Shown here: positions 22,801-30,724 of the stretch, piece after piece | Layout of the letters: every line of letters begins with the position of its first letter | How positions within the stretch are numbered: position 1 is the first letter of the stretch | Source of the DNA: an uncultured virus (IMG/VR IMGVR_UViG_3300031760_003860) | Lineage: Duplodnaviria; Heunggongvirae; Uroviricota; Caudoviricetes | Virus record (IMG/VR): IMGVR_UViG_3300031760_003860 | Direction: 5' to 3' (one strand) | Length of the DNA stretch: 64,000 nucleotides | Made by a program: the position numbers and the translations under genes | Notes under the pieces: model-generated | Told to the model about the DNA's origin: nothing | Databases searched by the model: none | Seen by the model: only the letters and a program-made list of their open reading frames with translations

Positions 22801-25800
22801 AGCATCTTTGGCAGCAGTTGCACTTCTAGTAGCTAATGTTGTGTTGGCGGCGGCTTTTTCTGTAACATTACTTGATGCTGCAATTCCAGCCTTTCCAGCA
22901 GCTGTGCCTGCTCCAGTTTCTATACCGTGAATCGCACCTGAAATTAGTCCTTTAACTGCAGCAGTCGCACCAACTGTTTCAGTAATAACAAACTTAAGAG
23001 GATTCTTAAGAATGTTTAAGATAGAATTAGCAGCTTTCCCTATTGTAGTAACACCTGTTTTAAGCCAAGCAGGTAGTGAACTTAAAGCAGCCATCGCAGC
23101 AGTACCAACAGTTTCCAAAGTGCTATTCGTACTATTATCACTCTCATCATTCATAAAATAATTGTTATTAATTGTAGTAATATTATCTCCTGCAGCCATT
23201 GGAAGCATTGGCGCTTCGGTCGCTTGATGATTAGCTGAATCTTCTCTAGAAACAGAATTTGTAAACTCTGATTCTCCTTCTAATCCAGAATACATTGCAG
23301 AAGCTGCACCCTGAGATGCTGCACTTACTCCTTTCAAATAACGCTTAAATCCATTTGTTCCAGAAATCCCAGCACCTAACCTATTTGCCTCTGCTCGACT
23401 AAGAGAACCATTATATGAATTAGTTAATGAAGTAAATGGACTAGCTGTTGCCTTTAAACCACTCAATCCACTTACACCAGCAGTAATCGTATTCTTTGCT
23501 CCATTCGCTAATTTTTTATAATTACCTCCTAATAATGTATCTTGTAGTGCATTATATCCACTTGATACTTTACCGAAAATATTAGAACCAAAATTAAATG
23601 CTTTTCCTAAACCTGATACAACTTTAGAATTTTTTACAGCTGTAAAGACTTTACCTAAAGAACTAAATAATCCGAATCCACCACGTTTAAATCTCCAAGC
23701 AGAATTTGTAGCGTTCATAGTTGAAGATGCGTCATAAACTCCAGAATATTCTGGACCTCTTGGATCACTAATAATTGGGTTACCATTGGCGTCTAGTCCT
23801 GTAGCTACTACATAATGACCAGCATTTGTATAAGGCGTACCATATCCGCCAGCACCTGATAATAAAACTGGTCTACCATTTGCCAGCTCATTCATTATAA
23901 ATGACTCACTAGGGTGCACACTCTGTGTTGCACGTAATCCCGCAGCATTTGATGCAGAATTTACAAAGTTCCAATTTGTGCCTGTAGAATCACTGTAACC
24001 TTTAGATTTAGCATAAGCTCCCATAATTGCAGGATTGATATTTCTACCGAATCCACCTGCTATCATAGACATTGCCGTAGGACCACAACCTGTTATACCA
24101 AATCTACCTAGTTTATTATAATTAATTCCAGACCATCTTGGGTCTTTTTGAGAGTAATAAGGAGTACCAAAACCGCCTTGTCCACCATCCGGGTCACGCA
24201 TGGTAAATCCGTTTTCTCCTTCTGGTCCACGAATTCTACCATTCTCATCTCTTTCATTTCCCTGATAAAACAGATGGTCATATCTGTTCCAATTTAAAAC
24301 TGAATGTGATACGCCATTTTCATCTGTATGATGAATACCGACTAATCTATCAAGAATTTTAGTCAAAGTTCTTGCAGCATCTTTCATATGTTCTTTCATA
24401 CCTTTTTGATGCTGAATACTTTCATCCATTTTATCATTAGCTCTACGACCAGTATCATTCAACTCAGTCATAGTGTCTTTCAAGCGTTCCATATCTGATG
24501 GTAAAGCGTCTCCGACATAATTCTGAGCCTGTTCTTGAATGGCTTTATTACGTTTATCTTTACCCATCACAGACGAAATATTTAATAACTCTTGTAAATC
24601 CTTATTCTTTAGAGCTTTTGCATTCTTTTTATCTTTTGTAGAATCAAGTAATTTGGTGAGTTTTTTAAGTCTTTTAGAAGAGAACCTATCACCAAATTTT
24701 TCTTTCAATTCTTCATCACTCATATTGAGGATATCATACATAGAGTCAATCTGATACTGGGTATCACTATCATAGTTCTCCTGATAATCCTCTCCTCTAG
24801 CTTTTGCTCGAACTGCGCTAAGAATCATTTGTTTTTCACGTAAACGTCTATGTTGTTCTTCGCGTTCTGCAGTTCTCTTTTCTTCTCGAGCTTTGCGACG
24901 CTCGTCATAATCATCATAATTTACACGCTCAATAACATTTCCATCTCTATCTACAATGTCGCCACCATGAGCTTTACGTCTTGCACGTTCGTCTCGGTTT
25001 ATAACACCATACATACGGTCTATTATATTACGTCTACGTCTTACTACTCGATGATTACCATTCTCGTCATATTCGTAATTACCATCAGAATCACGTTTTA
25101 AATCCCAATAGTACTTTAAACCTTTTTTCTTATCACGTTTTTCTTTTGCAAGAGCTACTTTTTCTGCTAACTTGAATGGTGCAGAAATTACTTTTCCTGC
25201 TAATTTGAATGGATTAGTAGCGAGCCCCTTAACACCTTTCCAGATGAGTCTACCAACTTTACCAAAAAATCCATTTAAACGTTTATCGACACGTTTGAAT
25301 ATATTATCAATTCCGCCTAAAAGTTTTGAACCAGCAGCTTTAAATAAATCTTTCGTTTTTACAGCCATTCCAATTGCAGCATTTTTAATTGGCTCAGTTG
25401 CATTCATAAACGGCATACCGATACCATCAATGAACCAGTCTTTTATATTAAGTGCAAGTTGTTGACCACTTAACTTTAATGGTGCGAAGACATTTAATTT
25501 TGTCCAGTTTCTAAACTGTCCCATTAATCCGCCTTCTTTTTTACCAGTATCTTTATTAAAGGTACCAAATACTCTTTCTTTCCATTTATTAGAAGCTGCT
25601 GTAATACCTAAAGCTGCACCAGCTAATGCTCCACCAAGAGGTCCTAATGGAGTTAAAGCTGCACCCATAATACCAAAACTTCCAATAACAGAGGATAAAG
25701 CTGCTCCAGAGATAGCGCCAGCCGCAGCACTTCCTGCAACTTTTCCAGCATTTCCGTCTGTACGCATCTTGCCAAATATAGAACCTAAAAGTCCTTTATT

Positions 25801-28800
25801 AGAACGACGCTTACCTTCATTATCTTTAGGTCCAAATAAGAAATTCTGGAATGTGTCTGAACGCTTTAATATACCAAAACCAGCACCCATCAAAGCTCCA
25901 CCGATTGGTCCACCTGGTAATAAAAACGATGGTAATAAACCGATACCTAAGGCTCCCTTTAAAAATCCTACAGTTGCCCCACCAACAATAGGAACTTTGT
26001 TATCCTTAAAGAATTTCTGAGTCTTGGCACTGATTACATTACCGACTCTTTCTCCAGTTTCTTTATCCTTTTCTCCAAATAACCAATTCTTAAATTTTTC
26101 AGATTGAGAAAGATATCCTACTGCACTACCTATAATAGCTCCACCGATTGGACCACCTGGTAAAAATAATGAACCTAATAAACCTAAACCTGAACTACCA
26201 GCTAAAGCACCACCGATAAAACCAGTAATGCCACCAGCAGCCATTTTAGGAGCTCTTTCTTTCAAATTCTTACCGAAATCTTTCATTTCGACAGACATTC
26301 TACTACGATATACCTTAGCTCTTCCATCTGGTCCAGTTGCAATATATTCACTTGGACCAAAAAGTGCTTCGCCTAAAGTTTTAAATCCATCAGATAATGA
26401 ATTCAGTGCCCCTTTAACAAAACCACCTTTTTTACCTTCTCCATCTGTATCTTTTTTATCACCAAAAAGATATGACTTAACTGTATTCTTTAATCCATTA
26501 AAATCTTTCTTTAGTTCGGGAAAGACTGCGTTTTCTGTAGCATTATGCTTTACGCCTTTGCTATCTGTCCATTCTTTTCCTGTAAAGAAAGCCTTCATAG
26601 TCCGTGTTACGTCATGCAATTCATTAGAAGTTTCAGATAAAATTCCACCAGAACGCAAACCTGTTGATTCATTCAATTCTCCGAGTAAGTTTTCTTTTAT
26701 ATTCTTACCTTTTGCTCCTAATATATCATATAGGTCAGATTCTTTTACTTGTGTAAATAAACCATTTTTACCAAAAAGTTTATCTTTAAACCAGTCACCT
26801 AAGTCATCCATCTTAACTTTAAAGGTAGATAAAGATTTATTCATAAAGTTATTAGAATCATCGCCATCTTCAGAACCAAAAACGATATTATAAAGGGTAT
26901 TATCCATACGGTCGAATACCCCTGCAATCATTCTAGCTGGAGCTGTAAATACAGATTGCACAGCATATTTCCAATCATTCAGTTTCTCTTGTGCTGATTG
27001 ACCCATTTTACCTGCTTTTGTTTTAGAGATTTCATCCATAGCTTTGCTAATCATGTTATCATTAGGATTAACTGGTTTATCTACTTCGGCTAACTTTCTC
27101 TGAATTTCTTCAACACTAAAGTCTTGACCTGCACCAAATACGACTGTACCAATGCCTCGTTGTCTTGTGATTTGCTCTTCGGTTAAAGGTGTAGCACTAC
27201 GTCTATTCATAGAGTCATAATATTGCTTCTCCTGATAAGTCATATCGTTAAGGAACGACTCATTAGGATTATAAGCTCCGCCACCTTTACCTTTCTTTCC
27301 ATTTCCAACAGTATAAACTTTAATACCATTTGCAAGCATAGTTTGAATATTACGAAGATAAGATAAAGATGTTTGACCATATTTATCGTGTATTCCTGTA
27401 GTCTTCCAATTCTTACTATTTTTATTTCTACCATTATCTATCTCATCGCCACTGTATTTGCTAAACTGAGCGTTGTATTCATATGGATTTTGTTCTGATT
27501 CCTCTAAAATCTTCTTTCTAGCGGCTATTGCATTTTGTCTGGCTCTACCGTTCAAAGCCATTTTTTGATTTCTAGGTAGATTATTGTACATTGCAATGAT
27601 GGCATTTATATCATCCTGCGAATAACTATATCCGTTGTATGTTAAGCCTTCTAAAATTTCCCGTAAATCTTTGAAACCTTTTTTACCATAATCACTTTTT
27701 GAAGTTGTAATACCTGAAATACTAGAATCTGTAGAGAGTTTCAATAGAAGCTTATCTATCTTCTCTCCTAAATGCATATCTTCTCCATTGGCATTTAAAA
27801 ACTTAGCATTTTTCGTCATAGCATATCGAATATCATAAAAGTTTGATAACATAGCATCGTTTACTTTATTATCAAATTCATCACGCATTCCATATGCAGA
27901 ACGCCATTTACCTTTTGCAAGGTCAAACGCTCTCTCTTCTCTTCCAGTTAAAGCGGCTTCAATTTTTCTTAAATAACCTGGTATTACTTCTACGATAGAT
28001 TTTCTCACATATCCATCGAATGGAACAGCTTTCTTATTATAGTTACCTAAGTCTATGCTACTTTTTGTATTAGGAGTAACTCCAAAAATACGTCCAGCTA
28101 ATGCATATAATGGGTTATCGCTATCTCGTAATCCAGATATTTTCGATAACATTGCTGGGAAAAACTCTGAAAACGTCTTATCAAACGCCGCCATACTTTG
28201 CTTTGCAAGTTCTGGAACTAACTTTTCAGCAATAGTATCTGTAACCATCTGTAATGGGGATGCTAAGAATAATTTCATATTATCCTTATCAGACATCATC
28301 GCTTTAATCATAGACAATCCAGGAGTTTCATCAATCGCATTACCTGTATTACGTTTTATCATACCAAGATATGACTTGATATCCAATCCTCCACCAGATA
28401 AAAATACCTGAGTAGGGTCATAACCTTTGTATGCTTCTTCTTTTTTTACTTCAGTAAGTTTCTTTAATTCTGAAACTTGCTCAGATAACAACTTCAAACT
28501 ATCTTCATAATATTTCTGTGAAGACTCTATGAATTTACTAACAATTCCATTATTAAAAGAAATCAAAGAACCAATATTCTCATTAACAGTACTAAGATTC
28601 CTATTTGTATTTTCATTACTTTCTACAATAGCACTGATGGTTGTCTCTGTTAAAGAACTCATCAATTTATTGCTGGCTTTACTTGTAGTAATGATAGCAT
28701 CTGTTGTTGCCTTTGTCGCTTTAACTAAAGGGCTTTTTTCGGTTGCATTCATATCTATTTTATTGATAGTAATGGATGCACCATCTAAGTCTACATCTTC

Positions 28801-29154
28801 ACCTAAATCAAATGAATCTTCAAAATCATCAAAGAAGTCATCACCAAGCATATCATCATCCATACCAACACTTTCTAATCGTTCTTGGTTATAGAACTTA
28901 CCTGTCTTTAAATCCTCTTTGGCATTCTTTAGTCCTTCTTTGACCATTTTTTTATACTCATCGAAAGGCGTAGACTTTATTTTAATAAACTCTTTCAAGT
29001 TTTTTGCCTCTCCAATTTCTTCACGTATAGTTGAAGAATTGGAAGATATAAAGTCTAATGTTGAATTAAGCTCATTAGAAACGCTATTTGATGCAGTATG
29101 TCCAATAGACCTAGCCACATTCTTAAAATAATTATTAGCACTTCTTTTTGCCAT
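16825..29154 (-). CDS. Giant tape-measure-like tail protein with two C39-like peptidases, CHAP and glucosaminidase domains
   Basis: 4109 aa. Gly-rich hydrophobic repeats (LLPGGPIGGA). Two YxSQKDxRW...GCGPTAM...GHYVVA...DP domains. CHAP (YWCASFVSW...HVGIV...TVEGNT...GYGRP). GH73-like (ALESGWGTS...NLWGWGA). Confidence 0.8.
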   Translation of the reverse strand: MAKRSANNYFKNVARSIGHTASNSVSNELNSTLDFISSNSSTIREEIGEAKNLKEFIKIKSTPFDEYKKMVKEGLKNAKEDLKTGKFYNQERLESVGMDDDMLGDDFFDDFEDSFDLGEDVDLDGASITINKIDMNATEKSPLVKATKATTDAIITTSKASNKLMSSLTETTISAIVESNENTNRNLSTVNENIGSLISFNNGIVSKFIESSQKYYEDSLKLLSEQVSELKKLTEVKKEEAYKGYDPTQVFLSGGGLDIKSYLGMIKRNTGNAIDETPGLSMIKAMMSDKDNMKLFLASPLQMVTDTIAEKLVPELAKQSMAAFDKTFSEFFPAMLSKISGLRDSDNPLYALAGRIFGVTPNTKSSIDLGNYNKKAVPFDGYVRKSIVEVIPGYLRKIEAALTGREERAFDLAKGKWRSAYGMRDEFDNKVNDAMLSNFYDIRYAMTKNAKFLNANGEDMHLGEKIDKLLLKLSTDSSISGITTSKSDYGKKGFKDLREILEGLTYNGYSYSQDDINAIIAMYNNLPRNQKMALNGRARQNAIAARKKILEESEQNPYEYNAQFSKYSGDEIDNGRNKNSKNWKTTGIHDKYGQTSLSYLRNIQTMLANGIKVYTVGNGKKGKGGGAYNPNESFLNDMTYQEKQYYDSMNRRSATPLTEEQITRQRGIGTVVFGAGQDFSVEEIQRKLAEVDKPVNPNDNMISKAMDEISKTKAGKMGQSAQEKLNDWKYAVQSVFTAPARMIAGVFDRMDNTLYNIVFGSEDGDDSNNFMNKSLSTFKVKMDDLGDWFKDKLFGKNGLFTQVKESDLYDILGAKGKNIKENLLGELNESTGLRSGGILSETSNELHDVTRTMKAFFTGKEWTDSKGVKHNATENAVFPELKKDFNGLKNTVKSYLFGDKKDTDGEGKKGGFVKGALNSLSDGFKTLGEALFGPSEYIATGPDGRAKVYRSRMSVEMKDFGKNLKERAPKMAAGGITGFIGGALAGSSGLGLLGSLFLPGGPIGGAIIGSAVGYLSQSEKFKNWLFGEKDKETGERVGNVISAKTQKFFKDNKVPIVGGATVGFLKGALGIGLLPSFLLPGGPIGGALMGAGFGILKRSDTFQNFLFGPKDNEGKRRSNKGLLGSIFGKMRTDGNAGKVAGSAAAGAISGAALSSVIGSFGIMGAALTPLGPLGGALAGAALGITAASNKWKERVFGTFNKDTGKKEGGLMGQFRNWTKLNVFAPLKLSGQQLALNIKDWFIDGIGMPFMNATEPIKNAAIGMAVKTKDLFKAAGSKLLGGIDNIFKRVDKRLNGFFGKVGRLIWKGVKGLATNPFKLAGKVISAPFKLAEKVALAKEKRDKKKGLKYYWDLKRDSDGNYEYDENGNHRVVRRRRNIIDRMYGVINRDERARRKAHGGDIVDRDGNVIERVNYDDYDERRKAREEKRTAEREEQHRRLREKQMILSAVRAKARGEDYQENYDSDTQYQIDSMYDILNMSDEELKEKFGDRFSSKRLKKLTKLLDSTKDKKNAKALKNKDLQELLNISSVMGKDKRNKAIQEQAQNYVGDALPSDMERLKDTMTELNDTGRRANDKMDESIQHQKGMKEHMKDAARTLTKILDRLVGIHHTDENGVSHSVLNWNRYDHLFYQGNERDENGRIRGPEGENGFTMRDPDGGQGGFGTPYYSQKDPRWSGINYNKLGRFGITGCGPTAMSMIAGGFGRNINPAIMGAYAKSKGYSDSTGTNWNFVNSASNAAGLRATQSVHPSESFIMNELANGRPVLLSGAGGYGTPYTNAGHYVVATGLDANGNPIISDPRGPEYSGVYDASSTMNATNSAWRFKRGGFGLFSSLGKVFTAVKNSKVVSGLGKAFNFGSNIFGKVSSGYNALQDTLLGGNYKKLANGAKNTITAGVSGLSGLKATASPFTSLTNSYNGSLSRAEANRLGAGISGTNGFKRYLKGVSAASQGAASAMYSGLEGESEFTNSVSREDSANHQATEAPMLPMAAGDNITTINNNYFMNDESDNSTNSTLETVGTAAMAALSSLPAWLKTGVTTIGKAANSILNILKNPLKFVITETVGATAAVKGLISGAIHGIETGAGTAAGKAGIAASSNVTEKAAANTTLATRSATAAKDAAAIAVREKSAIGTTANATPALEASTKGETLLLEDKYANSTLNDIRYNSIYGKQKETAKVGATTSEKATAKASANATETASTTGFTSDSNFATKVLEQADSKEYNKIKNSYIKDAKKNGVNATWDDSLTIEQNVDDITRQIYEKNHPNISSASTAATESTIEIVDSDGSIISMPEGSYSKAGSSTHKAGKYIEGVERVTGDVIDSDGNPVGGKESWWSKFKNRFFNKESTSTKAVKTDTIDFNDPNFNARILTTKNGKVIASTVKNGDSMVMNGLTVNGTRTSINPLLNIGAVGINEAHNGGYAALSKDTKTIGQALYSAATDKLLASNNKGLQTVGKAMETGAAKKAATKEAISKVTKEVTEKVSNSAIGKFIGFVKKIIKSLVSNSKLAKLIGEKGAKVLEKTMNSKIVAKLSEKVLAPFATKISAALAKIAAKTGTEAVTLGIGTAVFATYGAVTGALDASNLFHVSNDEVTTPMRTISSIIKAWIDASPIVGPILDVLNEIFKSLSDIDVKSLIACEIYKGYCNLFDKEAGETFKAAQSSFKEDYQAFKEKTGIDDLTENEYNDAKNKTSTSKMFSAVGKGLSKIGGFLGGTKAETYYTDEDGNKYSDNGDGSYTVYDSKGSKYGTTTTLPENVKKTEVSAKEGIAEKAYKAGVKGVKNIVKSELDYYKSIGNALIHPGKTLKKLKNNPIGTLKSAGKKFVNRYVERGKTVLNVGKGLAQDTVKLASKAGNALKTGAKNFFTRDTKKVYYLTDGSGKYYQAKDDGTYELCNVNGDVMPVEPISDTELYTLMGNAQVKAGTKVVRDFAIVEGSKKLGNIVSKGFKKGFNATTKFFSSIGSKASKLASSAASAVAKTSSNIGAFFGGRKDKVWYDESGNYYATEDNGKSYTYYQASGTPISNITADEFTELLKTNLLVEKTITTEKNILGKLGDGFSKVGNAASSGFNKASKAITGLFKSIGSKASKLANKVGSTANKIKNNIGSFLLGKKETRYYDAEGNYYVINKGNVSYYSSTGSLLSENISINDLTDIIPTLTEQTVTVEKNVLEKAGSGIANIGSKSAKAFSKGLKAVGGAFKTIGSKVSEKFSALTAEIKEKGIGGYLAGKLNSAKTAVVDFFSSSTFEGYISPDGSYYIREKNGWTHCSATHSPLETGISDEEFNEKYKPLLTYKADIKKQSGMSDAFNKIQDKISSAWSSAKDTVSNAWDSFTSWISGKGETINEDISGVTAVGQGTGGRGKGKFFGIGGGKGDEANNFPYFSQKDARWGNTSYSANDGGTLADNGCGPTAMAMIVKGMRGDVNPKQIADYTKAKGYNDSTGTNWNFVSDTASQYGLSSAINIKPTQKALDSQIANGPVLLSGRGGNGTPYTNAGHYVVAVGKDKAGNYIINDPRGKQYSGKYSAKDLVNSTNAAWSFTNGGRGTVRMSRVLGGKGGNNFTATDVIAVAKNEVGYVEKASNNNLDSKTGNAGSSNYTKYERDVFGSNGNYWCASFVSWCFYIAAGKNKNKATSILLSLTRSADGMMRAFKNKNQFTTSNPQPGDIIFFSGSRHAGANHVGIVTNVDSGKVYTVEGNTSVGAGVVDNGGGVAEKSYALATSKILGYGRPNYDGTSDFSGINSSDSSSNESATALDRVVSIFDDALDSGVWKSWGFSSNPFEDSDNSSSSSSSTVTNLSGSSIKNMTGSSFRTADLKSIPFASQEQIASALKGAFINGHPTSVFTNANLNKDAKGIYEAQGKTGLSALVPLAIGALESGWGTSSIARNKGNLWGWGAVNSNPYGGAKTFNPNNLGESFGIYSSNLLDKYYTEYGAKSIDSIGMGNNPAKKGYAYNNNGSISTTWAPSVESTGTRILKAMGVGGGKGDGLSVSSYSNYYIPKNNKPSTSNMNYHRNSIELRKPIGGYGGIQVGVVEKKDSTQVLEEMLKFLEAIATNTGNSTEGLEKVRTAISGIKASNTNNVVNTTNNVATSNTATTTKAGKGYATAKNISRGR

Positions 29155-29179
29155 AGTTATTAACCTCCTCTCTTTGTAT

Positions 29180-29191
29180 TAGGGAATTGTT
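29180..29191 (-). promoter_or_regulatory. AR9-type late promoter
   Basis: AACA-ATTCCC-TA upstream of the tape-measure RBS (GAGGAGG). Confidence 0.7.
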
Positions 29192-29369
29192 TCTTATAAA
29201 AAATTAAACAGATTTTAGACAAAAAATAGATAGTAACTAAAAAAGTTACTATCTATTTTACAAAAGGAATCCCCATAGTATCAATTAAAATACTATGGGG
29301 AGTGCGCAAAAATGAAATCAATTTAACAGCATGATTTATACACACTAATATGTTTATTGATTTTTATTT

Positions 29370-29903
29370 TTACTGATTGCTCTTAAGATGTTTAGGACAA
29401 GTAGAATCTGCTTTAAGCTTCTTGTAAGCTTTCTGGTGGCTAACGCCAGCTTCACCTGTCTTTGGATTGTGATATGGTTCATCATGCTCGGCAATTAAGT
29501 TTAAGTTAATTGAACCCTGGAAGTCTTCTTTTGGCATAAATGTAAATTTCTTTCCTGCTGCCATATACTGATATAAATCCTCTGATACAAACTCATATAA
29601 TCCATTTACGTTGTCTACTTCAATAGACATAGCCAATGATTCAGCTTCTGCGTTGTCATGTCCGGCTTTCTTTAAAATATTCTTAATCATACCCTGACGG
29701 AAAGCTTCTACTGGCTTAACATCTTCAACTACCATTTCTCCGTTTACAGTCTTAGTCTTCTTTGTTGTATAATCAACCTCATTGAACAAAGCCTTTGAGA
29801 TTAAATTGAAGTCTGCTGAAGAATGTGTTGACATTTTCTCTCCTGTTTTTGTTGTTGGCACACTGCCAAGAATACTGTTCCATACATCACTAAAATTTCT
29901 CAT
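29370..29903 (-). CDS. Putative HU/IHF-like DNA-binding protein
   Basis: YHNPKTGE...KAYKKLK resembles the HU beta-arm (RNPxTGE); strong RBS. Confidence 0.4.
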   Translation of the reverse strand: MRNFSDVWNSILGSVPTTKTGEKMSTHSSADFNLISKALFNEVDYTTKKTKTVNGEMVVEDVKPVEAFRQGMIKNILKKAGHDNAEAESLAMSIEVDNVNGLYEFVSEDLYQYMAAGKKFTFMPKEDFQGSINLNLIAEHDEPYHNPKTGEAGVSHQKAYKKLKADSTCPKHLKSNQ

Positions 29904-29957
29904 GATTAAAATCCTCCTTGGTATTAAATATTTATTTTATCACACCTTATGGCGTAA

Positions 29958-30140
29958 TTAACAATTGATTGTGCATTTGCCTTTATGAGTTTTAGGCTCT
30001 GCATTTTCTTTTACACTATTTTGTTGTAATAGTGATTTCTTCTTTTCATCATATTCTTCTTTATGATTGAGATAATTCTTTTCAGAAAACTCCAATATTG
30101 TATCTATCGTGCAATTGTCAAAATCAAATTCTCTAGCCAT
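29958..30140 (-). CDS. Hypothetical protein
   Basis: RBS AGGAGGTG; TATATTAT early-type motif at 30174-30181. Confidence 0.6.
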   Translation of the reverse strand: MAREFDFDNCTIDTILEFSEKNYLNHKEEYDEKKKSLLQQNSVKENAEPKTHKGKCTINC

Positions 30141-30292
30141 AATAATTCACCTCCTTTGTAAAACTCCATTAAAATAATATATTCTTATTTCTATCTTTGG
30201 TGAATATTATGATATAGTTCTATAATAAATAATTATTTACACGAAATAGGTAGAGTATAGTTGTACTTTACTATACTCTACCATTTTAGGAA

Positions 30293-30697
30293 TCAGAACG
30301 GAATCAATGCCTTTGACGTTACTATATATTTCGCATATAACTTATCATCATTTCCAAGAATAAGAATAGAAAACTTAAGATTATCATAAGATTTGAATGT
30401 ATAGTGATATATCTTAAAATTCTTTAATTCATTTTCTGGAATATCGTTTCTTATTATCTGCCCCATTTTTTCTCCATAAATATCACATAGATGGTAATGG
30501 TCGAATAAATTTTTGTTATCTGAAAATAATGCAAAAACTTTCGCCCTTGTTTCAATATAATCAGATGTAGTAGATTTTGGTAAACCAATTTCTACTGGTG
30601 CTATTAATTCCTCTTTTCTCCTATTATAATACATATACGCAAAATCTAAATCCCCGTTTAAAAAATAACTTTCCACTACTGTATAATTAATCGCCAT
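30293..30697 (-). CDS. Hypothetical protein
   Basis: 134-aa ORF directly downstream of the RNAP beta gene, followed by a terminator hairpin. Confidence 0.65.
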   Translation of the reverse strand: MAINYTVVESYFLNGDLDFAYMYYNRRKEELIAPVEIGLPKSTTSDYIETRAKVFALFSDNKNLFDHYHLCDIYGEKMGQIIRNDIPENELKNFKIYHYTFKSYDNLKFSILILGNDDKLYAKYIVTSKALIPF

Positions 30698-30724
30698 AAA
30701 TTATACCCCCTAGAACTAGAAAAT

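Noticed and set aside
16801..29131. Many short ORFs antisense or out of frame within the 4109-aa gene (and similar ones in other long genes)
   Set aside because: Shadow ORFs from codon bias; no RBS or recognisable motifs
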